Shown one piece after another: positions 44,240 through 54,155 of a DNA stretch of 64,000 nucleotides; the stretch's first letter is position 1; the number at the start of each line of letters is the position of its first letter. The stretch comes from a virus. Both the position numbers and the translations under genes were made by a program. The notes beneath the pieces were generated by a model that did no database searches, was not told where the DNA came from, and saw only the letters and a list, made by a program, of their open reading frames with translations. Location of the stretch: the IMG/VR virus record IMGVR_UViG_3300044707_000932, positions 35,073 to 99,072 of that record; one strand, given 5' to 3'.

Positions 44240-45045
44240 TATCCATTTTCTGGTTGATATTTTATGGTTCTGTCCTCAACAAAGAAATATTCTTTTTTTG
44301 CAGTTGAAACCCAAAATCTAACCTCATCTTCAACTAATTTGTCTTGACCATATTTGTAATTCCAAAATATTGACCCTTCTCTTAAGTTAGTATGTTTATA
44401 TCCAAGCTTAGGAATTGTCATAATTAAAACTGAGTTGTAGGTAAGTCTTAACAAGAATTCATACACAAAGGTTAATTTGATGGAAGGTTTGAAACCACCA
44501 AAGTTTTCAATGACACTCTTTTTTATTACACAACCAGAAGTTTGGAAATTCTGATACTCTTGAAGAGTTTCATTTGTCAAAATCGACATTTCTTGAGTGA
44601 AATTTGCTGCGAACGTTGCTTCGTTAGTAAATCCGGCAAAACCACCTTTCTCATCGGTTTCAACCACTACAGGTAGGAAAACCTGAACATCGGGATAAGA
44701 CTTGATGTATTTGTTTACGTTATCAAACCAAATACCGGAATATTCATCATCGAACTCGAAAATTGAAATCCATTCATGTTTGGAGTTTTTAACACCATAG
44801 TTAATTTGCTCACAGAAGTTCGGACTTTTATCCCATAAAAATTTCGAAACAGTTAGAGTCCCAAAATCATAGGTTGATAGGAAATTGATAAGTTCTTCTT
44901 CTTGTGTATGAACAATTACTAACTCATCGATTTGATGCTTTTGATTCGATAGAGAATCGATTGCCTTTTTGAAATAATCCGAAAAGTCTTTAGCCTTTGC
45001 TGACTTAATTGGTAATATTACTGATATATCTAAATTTTTTTCCAT
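44239..45045 (-). CDS. GT2-family (GT-A) glycosyltransferase
   Basis: ISVILPI, NYGV..WISIFEFDD; start moved to ATG 45045. Confidence 0.8.
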   Translation of the reverse strand: MEKNLDISVILPIKSAKAKDFSDYFKKAIDSLSNQKHQIDELVIVHTQEEELINFLSTYDFGTLTVSKFLWDKSPNFCEQINYGVKNSKHEWISIFEFDDEYSGIWFDNVNKYIKSYPDVQVFLPVVVETDEKGGFAGFTNEATFAANFTQEMSILTNETLQEYQNFQTSGCVIKKSVIENFGGFKPSIKLTFVYEFLLRLTYNSVLIMTIPKLGYKHTNLREGSIFWNYKYGQDKLVEDEVRFWVSTAKKEYFFVEDRTIKYQPENG

Positions 45046-45046
45046 T

Positions 45047-46102
45047 TTAATCTTCAAGTTTACTTAATTGTTCTTCGAATGCTTCTGCTCTGCCTGTGAA
45101 ATATTGCCCGAATAGGTTAGTGACAGTTGCTTCGAATTCTTGTTTATTTTTGAAATTATTTACTGTTTTTTCCATGTTTTCATAAAGTTCAGGTCTGATA
45201 TTGTCCTCTAACCAATTTTGAATAAAATCGGCAATAAATTCAGTCATAATAGTTACGTCTGTCAACCAAATACCATTATCAGGATTCATCCAATCAGGTT
45301 TCATATCAGGGACTTTAGCCATACAAGGAACACCACAAGCCATAGACTCTAATGGGAAAGTTCCAAATCCACTGCTGTTGTCAATCCAAACACTCAAAAA
45401 ACATTCTCTCAAAACATTAGCGAATTCTTTTTCAGGTAGACCTCTCATGTCTCTGAACGTAAACCATCTGTATTGTGGGAATCTCAGATAGAAAGTCTTA
45501 ATCAGATTTATGGCATCACTCTGTTCTCTAGTATGAACTCCAATTATTGGCATTGGAGGTAAATCCCTTTTAGTAAAGTTTTCTGTTATATACGGAGGTA
45601 CAATATCAAAACTTGTTTGTCTCATCACTTTGTCGATGTAGTTTTTTTGACTTTCCGATGTTGTGATACATTTGTAAACGCCAAATTGTGCCCAATTCTG
45701 CCCAGGTTGTAAGGTTTCTACGATGTAGCTATAACTTTGAGTAAGTACAATTTTAGCACAAGGGATTTTTTTGATTTGGTCCATGACATAACCAAATATT
45801 TCAGGAATAACTATAAAATCTTCAGGAGAAACTTCTAAGTTTTGTCCCTCGATTGATTTATGTGGTAACTCATCCATGTACTCTTGTCCTAACCAAGAGG
45901 ACACACCCACATAGTCATTCTTTTCGTGTAAAATTATCGGATTGTATCCGTTTTTTTTGACTGCCATAGCCATCTGATAGATATATCTGATAGAAGCTCT
46001 AGCATTACCTTTAGTGTCTTGAGTAAAAAAATAAATTCTTGCATTTTTATTTTTCAAATTCTCAATAGACAATTGAACTTTTTGTTTTTCTATACTTGCC
46101 AT
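45047..46102 (-). CDS. GT-B (GT4-like) glycosyltransferase
   Basis: IVIPEI, SGFGTFPLESMACGVP. Confidence 0.8.
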   Translation of the reverse strand: MASIEKQKVQLSIENLKNKNARIYFFTQDTKGNARASIRYIYQMAMAVKKNGYNPIILHEKNDYVGVSSWLGQEYMDELPHKSIEGQNLEVSPEDFIVIPEIFGYVMDQIKKIPCAKIVLTQSYSYIVETLQPGQNWAQFGVYKCITTSESQKNYIDKVMRQTSFDIVPPYITENFTKRDLPPMPIIGVHTREQSDAINLIKTFYLRFPQYRWFTFRDMRGLPEKEFANVLRECFLSVWIDNSSGFGTFPLESMACGVPCMAKVPDMKPDWMNPDNGIWLTDVTIMTEFIADFIQNWLEDNIRPELYENMEKTVNNFKNKQEFEATVTNLFGQYFTGRAEAFEEQLSKLED

Positions 46103-46104
46103 TT

Positions 46105-46386
46105 TTAATAATGATTAACTAATTTTTTATTTAATAGACTGTTGAATGCTATCTTGAATGGGATACTTATGTTCATATTACTTTTCAGACCTAGCTTGTC
46201 GTCAATTTCTTCCTGTTCACTCAATACAACTTCTAATAACATTTTTACGAGTTCAAATTTTACAATGTTTATTCTAATTTCCGTATTCCCCGAAATCGGT
46301 TCATTAGGAAACTCTTCAGACATATCTAAAAATTTTTCAATTTCGTCTAAGTCTACAAAATAATTTTCACCTAATACTTTTAACAT
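46105..46386 (-). CDS. hypothetical protein
   Basis: 93 aa in operon. Confidence 0.8.
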   Translation of the reverse strand: MLKVLGENYFVDLDEIEKFLDMSEEFPNEPISGNTEIRINIVKFELVKMLLEVVLSEQEEIDDKLGLKSNMNISIPFKIAFNSLLNKKLVNHY

Positions 46387-46970
46387 ATTTCTTCTATTTT
46401 AGTTTTAAGTTCTTTCAACTTAACAATTTTATGTTCCACTTCCAATTCAGTATTATAAGGTGTTTGGTACTTTATAACAATTTTCCCTTTAGGGTAATTT
46501 AATAATAATGAAGGATTTGCGGTAAGTAAAATATCGACTGAATTCCACAGATTATCAAGGGTGGATTCAGAATAAAATTTTACACCTTCAACTAAACATC
46601 CGAATTTTGATAGAAAAAAGAGAGACGCCGGTTTAGATTTTCCAATTTCATCAGAAACAATTACAATATCGTGTTTGTCTCGCATTTCCAAATAAAAATC
46701 ATTCAAGTCATTCATACTATTGTATTCCACACTTCCAGCGTGTCCGAATATTTCCATTGTATGTTCCTTATACAAAAAATTATAAACCTCATCTTCATCT
46801 TTGAATAACAAATGGTTTTTGATATCTAATGAGTCCAAAGTTGATATAACTTTATATTCGAAATCACTTTCTTCTTTAAAGGGATTTTCTATAAACCATT
46901 TTTCATACTCTTGTTGAATTTTTTTTAGAGTATCTCTAAGTACACCGTTGATTTCAATACCAATCCTCAT
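46380..46970 (-). CDS. HAD-fold 5'(3')-nucleotidase-like protein with degenerate catalytic motifs
   Basis: MRIGIEINGVLRD, IVIVS, DILLTANP, PYN. Confidence 0.65.
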   Translation of the reverse strand: MRIGIEINGVLRDTLKKIQQEYEKWFIENPFKEESDFEYKVISTLDSLDIKNHLLFKDEDEVYNFLYKEHTMEIFGHAGSVEYNSMNDLNDFYLEMRDKHDIVIVSDEIGKSKPASLFFLSKFGCLVEGVKFYSESTLDNLWNSVDILLTANPSLLLNYPKGKIVIKYQTPYNTELEVEHKIVKLKELKTKIEEIC

Positions 46971-47701
46971 TCTTCGTATCTTTTCAAGATTTCACTGATT
47001 AATGGATTTCTTACAATATCTTGAGGGTTGAATTCGAAAATCCCAACGTCATTCAAACCTTTAAATCTTTTTAAAGCATCCCAAAGACCTGTGTGTGTTT
47101 TGTCCTTGTGTCTGTCAAATTGTTCCAAGTCACCCGAGATAAAGAACTTAGAATTGAAACCTATTCTCGTTAATAAAAGTTTCATTTGACTTGGTGTTGA
47201 GTTTTGGGATTCTTCAAAAATCAAAATTGAATTGTCTATATTCATACCTCTCATATAAGCTAGAGCAAATACTTCGATTGCTTCAATTTCTTTAAGTTTT
47301 TCTTTAGCCTCTTTTCCTATTATTTTATTTAACAAATAATACGATGGGAAGATGTAAGGGTCTAATTTTTCTTCAACACCACCAGGTAAACTTCCAAGTT
47401 TTTCTTCTGCTTCCACAGCTGGTCTTACAATAATAATTTTTTCATAAGGTGTTTCAGGGTCTACCAACAAATCTACCGCACATTTCATTGCGATATAACT
47501 TTTACCGACACCTGCGGGTCCTGAACAAATTGTTATTTGGTTTGATACTAATGTTTCGTAATATATTTTTTGACTTTCAGATAAAAATTTTTGTTTAGTT
47601 TTCTTTTTAACAATTGAACAAATTAATTGTTTTTTTGTTTTAGCAACACCCTCGTCAACTGATGGTGTTGGAGTCGGTTGTCTCCTTGTTAGTTTACCCA
47701 T
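46967..47701 (-). CDS. phoH: PhoH-family ATPase
   Basis: GPAGVGKS, RPAVEAEEKLGSLPG, AYMRG, EESQN, LTRIG, GDLEQFD, DIVRNPL. Confidence 0.95.
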   Translation of the reverse strand: MGKLTRRQPTPTPSVDEGVAKTKKQLICSIVKKKTKQKFLSESQKIYYETLVSNQITICSGPAGVGKSYIAMKCAVDLLVDPETPYEKIIIVRPAVEAEEKLGSLPGGVEEKLDPYIFPSYYLLNKIIGKEAKEKLKEIEAIEVFALAYMRGMNIDNSILIFEESQNSTPSQMKLLLTRIGFNSKFFISGDLEQFDRHKDKTHTGLWDALKRFKGLNDVGIFEFNPQDIVRNPLISEILKRYEE

Positions 47702-47718
47702 TAATTTTTTTTTATTGT

Positions 47719-48099
47719 TTAATATTTTACGTATTCCTTAATTTCCCTAATTTCAGAATTAGTGGACAAATTAATTTCATTCTTTAATCTAAATCTTTCA
47801 TCATTTGTAAAATATACTTTTCTTGCTAAAGTAATGAATTCATCATTAAATGTTTGTTCGCTTTCCATAATTCTCAACTTATCTTCTACATCCCATAAAT
47901 CAGAGTTTACACTCACTAATTTATGATAAATTGATTCTATGTGTGAATCATTCAAGTATGTGGAGCAAAGATTATACAATAATTCAAATTCCACGTTAAT
48001 GAAACTTAATTTTGTTTCATCACTAATCTTGGTTTTTTTTACTTGGAGAATTGATAGTTTATCAATAATTTCTCCAATACTTACTGGTACACTAATCAT
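47719..48099 (-). CDS. DUF6165-like protein
   Basis: PVSIGEIIDKLSIL..K..LWDVED..R..FI.LARKVYFTNDERF..K.EIN..E.K.Y; start moved to ATG 48099. Confidence 0.75.
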   Translation of the reverse strand: MISVPVSIGEIIDKLSILQVKKTKISDETKLSFINVEFELLYNLCSTYLNDSHIESIYHKLVSVNSDLWDVEDKLRIMESEQTFNDEFITLARKVYFTNDERFRLKNEINLSTNSEIREIKEYVKY

Positions 48100-48100
48100 G

Positions 48101-49222
48101 TTATTTAATTTTCTGTTTTTCTGTACTACCTGGTTCTCTTCTGTAGATTGTACTACCACCATCAGGACTTTCATAAATCCAAGGGGTATTTAGTTCTACA
48201 TGGTCAACTTGTGACTTAATCCAAGTATAAGTCTTTTTTAATCCAATTGAAAGTGGTTGACTAACTTCCCACCCAATTTTTTCTCTGTAAAGTTTGTTAT
48301 CAGAATTTCTACCTTTGACACCAAGAGGACATTTAAATCCATATTTTTTTAAGAATTCTTCCCCTTGAAGATTTTCGATATTTATATCTTTTTTAGATAT
48401 TTTAATTACCATTTCCGCGAGTTGATTTATGGTTACCATTTCTTCACTCCCTATGTTAACGGGACCTGTAAAATCTGACTCCATGAGTCTTAGAACTGCT
48501 TCCACACATTCTTCAACAAATAAAAAGGAACGTGTTTGAGAGCCATCACCCCAAACCTCAATTGAGTCTCCATTTGCACTTTCGGCAACTTTTCTACACA
48601 TTGCCGCTGGTGATTTTTCTCTACCACCTCTCCAAGTTCCCTGAGGTCCAAATATGTTATGAAACCTAGCAATACGAACGTTTAAATTATAGTTTCTGTG
48701 GTATGCCAAGAATACTCTTTCGGAGAACAATTTTTCCCAACCATATTCTGAATCTGGATTAGCCGGATAAGCTGAACTTTCTTCACAGTTAGGATTATTT
48801 GGGTCAAGTTGGTTATGCTCAGGGTACATACATGCTGATGAAGAATAAAATACTTTACCAACCTTCTTTTTGACACATTCTCTAGCGACGTTAAGATTTA
48901 TGGTTGCTGAGTTATGCATAAGGTTTGCGTCATTTTCACCTGTGAAGATGTATAGAGCACCTCCCATATCAGCGGCTAATTGATAAACTTCATCAACACC
49001 CTCCTCGATTACCAAATCAACAACTTTGGGGTCCGTTAAATCACCCAAAATAAATTCATGACAAATTTCATCGTGAGAAAAATGTTCGTGTTTTTTGATA
49101 TCACAAATTCTTACGTGATTACCCTCATTTTTCAGTCTCTTAGCTAAATGTCCACCGATGAAACCACCTCCACCGAGAACAACTATTTTTTTACCTGTTG
49201 ATTGATTCTTCTGCAACTTCAT
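48101..49222 (-). CDS. NAD-dependent epimerase, GDP-mannose 3,5-epimerase-like
   Basis: GGGGFIG, QLAADMGG, YSSSACMYP, YGWEKL, RFHNIFGP, GGREKSPAAMCRK, VKGRNSDN. Confidence 0.88.
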   Translation of the reverse strand: MKLQKNQSTGKKIVVLGGGGFIGGHLAKRLKNEGNHVRICDIKKHEHFSHDEICHEFILGDLTDPKVVDLVIEEGVDEVYQLAADMGGALYIFTGENDANLMHNSATINLNVARECVKKKVGKVFYSSSACMYPEHNQLDPNNPNCEESSAYPANPDSEYGWEKLFSERVFLAYHRNYNLNVRIARFHNIFGPQGTWRGGREKSPAAMCRKVAESANGDSIEVWGDGSQTRSFLFVEECVEAVLRLMESDFTGPVNIGSEEMVTINQLAEMVIKISKKDINIENLQGEEFLKKYGFKCPLGVKGRNSDNKLYREKIGWEVSQPLSIGLKKTYTWIKSQVDHVELNTPWIYESPDGGSTIYRREPGSTEKQKIK

Positions 49223-49826
49223 ATGTAATGTTCATTTTTTCGAAAATTTTATCGCAACTAATTTGATTAGAGCTCCAAGAATTTATAACTGATTCTTCAA
49301 AATATTCGGGGTTAACCCACCAATCCTCGAAATACATTTCCGGGTGTCTTGAGTGTGAGATATCACCACAAATTAATTTGTAACCTTTGGACTCCAGCAG
49401 TTGTCTTTGTGGTAATCTTTCTGCCTCATCGAAATGATTTCCTAAATAAGCGTCGTGTTCAATTGTTATGATTTTGAATTTGTAGTTGGTGTCAATTATT
49501 TTTTGAAGTAATTTGAATCTGTCTCCGCAACCTTCCATATCCAAGGTTAGATAATCAATAACTTCATTGTCATAGTAACCTTTTAGTAATTCATTATAAT
49601 CTTGATTAAGACAATCTGCTTGAATGAACTTACATCTGCGTTCTTTCCATTGATTACTGAAATCGATTATGTCCAAAGAAATACCGTCCCATCCATTTAA
49701 TTCGAGTAAGTAAGTATTGTTAATTTTTTTAGGTAGGGAGCATCCCAAATCAAGAAACTTACCTGGTTTACCTTGACTTATGTTATAAACAAATAAATCT
49801 TGACCGCACTGAGAATATGATTTCAT
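49191..49826 (-). CDS. FkbM-like methyltransferase
   Basis: YSQCGQD, FLDLG, NNTYLLE..GWDGI, IDYLTLDMEG, ITIEH, EDWWV. Confidence 0.8.
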   Translation of the reverse strand: MKSYSQCGQDLFVYNISQGKPGKFLDLGCSLPKKINNTYLLELNGWDGISLDIIDFSNQWKERRCKFIQADCLNQDYNELLKGYYDNEVIDYLTLDMEGCGDRFKLLQKIIDTNYKFKIITIEHDAYLGNHFDEAERLPQRQLLESKGYKLICGDISHSRHPEMYFEDWWVNPEYFEESVINSWSSNQISCDKIFEKMNITYEVAEESINR

Positions 49827-49838
49827 GTTTTTTATATT

Positions 49839-50447
49839 TTATTTTGATATTATTTTTCCTTTTTTTCTAAGGATAGTGAGACCATGGTTTTTTGGGATTG
49901 TCATCCACTCCCATTTATTTTTGTCTAACTCTTCAACTGCCCTATAGGGCCCACCAAGACCCCATTCACTTTTTTCGGGATAGTTGATTGGATTGAAGAA
50001 ATGTGGGTGACAACTGTGACCCATCAAATCGTGTAGTAATATGATTGTATTCTCATCACTAACCCTATCAATTTCTTCTAGTTCTGTTTTTACGTGAGGG
50101 TAGCTGTGCCAATCATCAACATAGATTATATCGTATTTTTCAGTATTTTTTTTCAAAAATTCTATGGCATCAGATTGTACAAATGTTTGATATTTTGTTA
50201 AATCTTCCGGAGCTTTCCAAACGGTTCTTGAAATATCTACTGAAGTTAGATGACCACCCAATACTTTACAGGCGACTAAAAAAGGGTAACTTGAACCCCC
50301 GTCTCTTACTCCAAGTTCCAATATTTTTTTGGCATTCATTTGAAGAGCGATTGAAAAAAAAGTTAAGACATGTTCGAAATATTGTTTCCCACCATCGTCT
50401 TTAGTTTTCAACGTTCTATTCATCAATTCGACTAAATAATTTTCCAT
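49839..50447 (-). CDS. class I SAM-dependent methyltransferase (Methyltransf_24-like)
   Basis: ILELGVRDGGS, SVDI, DIIYVDDWHSY, LLHD. Confidence 0.85.
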   Translation of the reverse strand: MENYLVELMNRTLKTKDDGGKQYFEHVLTFFSIALQMNAKKILELGVRDGGSSYPFLVACKVLGGHLTSVDISRTVWKAPEDLTKYQTFVQSDAIEFLKKNTEKYDIIYVDDWHSYPHVKTELEEIDRVSDENTIILLHDLMGHSCHPHFFNPINYPEKSEWGLGGPYRAVEELDKNKWEWMTIPKNHGLTILRKKGKIISK

Positions 50448-51256
50448 TATATTTTTTTTATAATTTTATTTATTCCTTCTCTCAAAGATATTTTCGGTTT
50501 CCAATAATCGAGAATGTATGGGTCGGGTTCATTTTTTTTATTTTTCTGTACATCATCAGTTTCTGTAGAAGCTACTATTTCACAGGGTATGTATTCTTGA
50601 ATAATTTTAGCAACTTCTAAGATTGAATTCCATTCGAAACTAGTAATGTGAAGGTTTTTATTTCTATCTATATCATTGTAATTCAAAGATAATATTTCTA
50701 AAGCATTAGAACAATCTTCTGCATGTAAAAATTGTCTCACCTCGGAACCGTCAGTCAACATTTCTATTTTTCCTTGTTTGGCTTTGAGAATAAAATCAGT
50801 TATTACATGTGATTTTTCCAAATCATGTTCAGGTCCGTATACATTCCAAAATTTTACAGTCAAACCATTCAAAGATGTGGTACAAATTTCACCCATAGAT
50901 TTTAAAAGTCCATATGGGGAATAGGACATGTTTGCCATTTGTGAGGAGGCAAAAATAAAAGGTTTATTGAATTTTTTGATTGATTTGAATGTATGAAGAG
51001 TTAGTGCTAAATTGTTTTCAACAAATTCATATGTGTGTTGATACTTTTTTAAGTATCTTGAACCACCAACATCAAAGGCCAAAAACATCACGAAGTCGAC
51101 ATCTTTCATTATTGTATCAAGAACATCAGGAATTCTGAGGTCTTGTTTAGGGTCTTTGATGATGTCAAACTCGACCACCTCATGACCTTTATTTTTAAGA
51201 TATTGACATAATTCTAATCCTATTTGTCCTTCGGAACCTAAAACCAAATATTTCAT
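50447..51256 (-). CDS. NAD-dependent epimerase/dehydratase
   Basis: GSEGQIG, YGLLK (YxxxK), NVYGP, RQFLH. Confidence 0.85.
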   Translation of the reverse strand: MKYLVLGSEGQIGLELCQYLKNKGHEVVEFDIIKDPKQDLRIPDVLDTIMKDVDFVMFLAFDVGGSRYLKKYQHTYEFVENNLALTLHTFKSIKKFNKPFIFASSQMANMSYSPYGLLKSMGEICTTSLNGLTVKFWNVYGPEHDLEKSHVITDFILKAKQGKIEMLTDGSEVRQFLHAEDCSNALEILSLNYNDIDRNKNLHITSFEWNSILEVAKIIQEYIPCEIVASTETDDVQKNKKNEPDPYILDYWKPKISLREGINKIIKKI

Positions 51257-51259
51257 AAT

Positions 51260-51877
51260 TTATCTTTGAACAAAAATTCCACCCATAGAACCTCCATGGG
51301 TAATTTCAAATTTATAGTTGTATTTAATTATCCATTCAGTAAACGCTAATCTTTCATGTTCGTCAAAATCTTTGTTTCCTCCATGCCAATCATCAAATCT
51401 GATATATAATTTATTCCAATCACACTTTGTTACAAACTCTAAAGCTGACACCGTCGGTTCGTAAATGTCAACATCTATGTTGACTAAACTTATTTTCGAA
51501 ATTTCGTAGTCTGATGGTTTAGTCAGTTTATGAACATCACTGACAATCATTTTTACATTTTTGTATGGTGATAGTTTTTTTAAGGCCTCTTCCTTATTTT
51601 TTGGAATTCTATTGTTGTTAGCAAAAAGAGGATTTGATAAACTGAACATCCCTTCGGACCAATCTGCTGTTTCAGGTAAGGTTTTGTTAGATTTTTCTAA
51701 ACCCTCAAAATGGTCTACTGTGAATATTGTCTTATTCGGAAACGATTGAGAAAGTAAAATTGCTGATTCACAACTGAAGGTACCGAACTCCAATACGTCC
51801 CCTTGTGTTTCAAATTTTTTTACAAAACTAGATAAATCACTTAAAGAGCACGATTGTTTGTTTGGACTGGTGTTCAT
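51260..51877 (-). CDS. TylF-like O-methyltransferase
   Basis: GDVLEFG, DHFEGL, VNIDVDIYEPT, FDDW. Confidence 0.82.
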   Translation of the reverse strand: MNTSPNKQSCSLSDLSSFVKKFETQGDVLEFGTFSCESAILLSQSFPNKTIFTVDHFEGLEKSNKTLPETADWSEGMFSLSNPLFANNNRIPKNKEEALKKLSPYKNVKMIVSDVHKLTKPSDYEISKISLVNIDVDIYEPTVSALEFVTKCDWNKLYIRFDDWHGGNKDFDEHERLAFTEWIIKYNYKFEITHGGSMGGIFVQR

Positions 51878-52707
51878 AGATTCTTAAGATAATTTTCGTA
51901 AATATAATCCTCAGCAATTTGAAGAGACATAGCAGCTTCAAAATTTTTTTGAATGTGAGGCATCATCGAATCATACTTTTCTCTTGACAGAGAAGACAAT
52001 GTTGGGTCATCCTCCAAAAATATAACTCCTCTTGGGTCAAAGTATTTTTCAACCACTTTTCTAGACCCCCAATAAACAGGAACCGTTCCGACGGCGAAAC
52101 AATCGGTTAATTTTTCTGTGAAATAAGTGTCTGAGTTATCGTTTTCTATTGCTACGGAGAACATATAGTCAACTAAACCATCTTCTTTGTCGTTTAATTG
52201 GTGAGGTCTTCCTGTACCGAATAGGTCAACTTTATCTTTTAATTTTTCAACCCAATTCAATCTGTTTTGGTGACCTCTTAACCATCCTTTTGTGGAGGCT
52301 ATCATTGAAACCAATTTGGTTTTTTCATGAATTTTTCTATTACGTTCCCAAATCCAAGGGACTGCGTTTGAAATTGTATAAGTGAAAGGGGCTCCGAGTT
52401 CTATCAAACTATCCACACAAGTGAAAATATACTTGTAATGTTCCTTCACCATGGGCAAATTCTCTAATAGAAATTTAATAGTTCCTTCATTCATTTGAGG
52501 TGATTCTAACAACCATCCAATTTTCTCTCTTGATGGGTCATTAAATCCCCAATCTTTGATGTAGTTATCCACATATACTGAAATCTTATATGGGTCTTGG
52601 GTGTCTCTTGACAACCATTTTAACGTTTTGGGATTATTTCTAGCTGAAGAACAATCGTAGTCCCCCCACCAATCTGATACTTTTCTAATTTTAGGTAATT
52701 CGCTCAT
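51874..52707 (-). CDS. GT10-family (alpha-1,3-fucosyltransferase-like) glycosyltransferase
   Basis: YMFSVAIEN..YFTEKL.DCF.VGTVPVYWG. Confidence 0.85.
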   Translation of the reverse strand: MSELPKIRKVSDWWGDYDCSSARNNPKTLKWLSRDTQDPYKISVYVDNYIKDWGFNDPSREKIGWLLESPQMNEGTIKFLLENLPMVKEHYKYIFTCVDSLIELGAPFTYTISNAVPWIWERNRKIHEKTKLVSMIASTKGWLRGHQNRLNWVEKLKDKVDLFGTGRPHQLNDKEDGLVDYMFSVAIENDNSDTYFTEKLTDCFAVGTVPVYWGSRKVVEKYFDPRGVIFLEDDPTLSSLSREKYDSMMPHIQKNFEAAMSLQIAEDYIYENYLKNL

Positions 52708-52710
52708 AAT

Positions 52711-53529
52711 TTAATTTTTTGGTTTCAGTTCACCGTTTATATATTCTACTTCTATTTTATTCCAATCAGGTTGAAACATATCCATGTAGTTTTGTGGTCC
52801 ACTTGGTCCAAACCATACAGATGGAACAAAAACTTTTTTATTTGGATTTTGGTTTAGGAAAGCCGCCCACCAAGAAAATGTAGAATTGGAAATGATATTT
52901 GATTTACAAAGTGACATTATCCACATATCGATGTAATCTTCCTCATTTATAAGTATCACATTATCACTCTTGAAATTTTCTAATAACCAGTTTTTATCAT
53001 CTCCGAAAAGAAATAGATGGTCGTAATTTCCGATAATGGTAAGTGCTTTGTCAATATATTCTTTGGAAACACTAGGATGAATGTGGGGGTTTTGTTTATA
53101 ATCACCAAATCTCACGTGTATCGAAACTGTGTTTTCTTGATTAAGTTGAGGATACTTCTCCTTAATTTGTTTGATGAACTCTTGCGTTGGTCCAAAATAT
53201 TCAATAACGTTTTTGTCGAATCCCAAAAAGTTTTTTCCGCTTTGGAAGTATCCTTCAAACACAGTGTTGCCTTCTACAGGATTCACATCAGAATATTCCC
53301 ATGGACCTTCGTGAACTTTTGTAAATCCATCTAAACTATCTATAAATTTAAGTTTTCTGAATACGTTGTCTCGATAATTCGAAGCGTCTCTACCTTGCAA
53401 GGGTGTCCATGATTTGGGTAAAAAAACTACCTCTCTATGATGTTTCCAAGATTGACAAAGGGCGTGAGCGGCTTGGAACATTTGATTTCCAAGTCCACCC
53501 ATCAGATTACAAGAAATTAAATTACTCAT
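52711..53529 (-). CDS. GT11-family (alpha-1,2-fucosyltransferase-like) glycosyltransferase
   Basis: GGLGNQMFQ, GYFQS, IHVRFGDY, SNSTFSWWAA; start moved to ATG 53529. Confidence 0.9.
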   Translation of the reverse strand: MSNLISCNLMGGLGNQMFQAAHALCQSWKHHREVVFLPKSWTPLQGRDASNYRDNVFRKLKFIDSLDGFTKVHEGPWEYSDVNPVEGNTVFEGYFQSGKNFLGFDKNVIEYFGPTQEFIKQIKEKYPQLNQENTVSIHVRFGDYKQNPHIHPSVSKEYIDKALTIIGNYDHLFLFGDDKNWLLENFKSDNVILINEEDYIDMWIMSLCKSNIISNSTFSWWAAFLNQNPNKKVFVPSVWFGPSGPQNYMDMFQPDWNKIEVEYINGELKPKN

Positions 53530-54152
53530 TTTTGAAATGTTGTGTTTTCCCAAGATTCCCAAACAAATGGATATTCCCATTTAAGTTTGAAACCAATTTG
53601 AGTTAATCCCTCTTGAATTTTTTTATGTCTCTCTTCATAGTTTTCACCCATTCTGTGGTACTGAACTTGAATATAGTTGAACTTTTGTAAAATACCTGAC
53701 TTAATCCATTCTTCCATAAGAGGGTACTCCTCCCCCTCGATATTAACCTGCATCAAATCTACCTTATCAATATTGTGTTTATCCAAATAATATTCTAAGG
53801 TGTGACATTTAACGGTTTGAAGGTTATTAGAATTCAAATAAGCGGATGTCGCATCACCATCAACCGCAAAAGACAACTCTTTTTCTTCTGTGGAAATACC
53901 AGCATTTTCAGTTTTGATTTTGTCTCTATTGTTTTTGAGGTAATAATCAAATTCTACAATCATTTTGTCGTAAAATTCTTTTATTGGTTCAATGACCAAA
54001 ACATTACAATTGAATTTAGTTGAAACTCTTTTAGTCCAAAGACCGTGAAAACCACCAAGTTCAATGACTTGAGAATTTTCATTTAAGGGATAATCTAATA
54101 CGAGAATATCGTCTCCTTTATCTGCTCTCCATTTTGCGTGTATTTCTGACAT
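53526..54152 (-). CDS. FkbM-family methyltransferase
   Basis: VIELGGFHG, IEP, VDLMQVNIEGEEY, IQVQYH. Confidence 0.85.
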   Translation of the reverse strand: MSEIHAKWRADKGDDILVLDYPLNENSQVIELGGFHGLWTKRVSTKFNCNVLVIEPIKEFYDKMIVEFDYYLKNNRDKIKTENAGISTEEKELSFAVDGDATSAYLNSNNLQTVKCHTLEYYLDKHNIDKVDLMQVNIEGEEYPLMEEWIKSGILQKFNYIQVQYHRMGENYEERHKKIQEGLTQIGFKLKWEYPFVWESWENTTFQK

Positions 54153-54155
54153 TAA

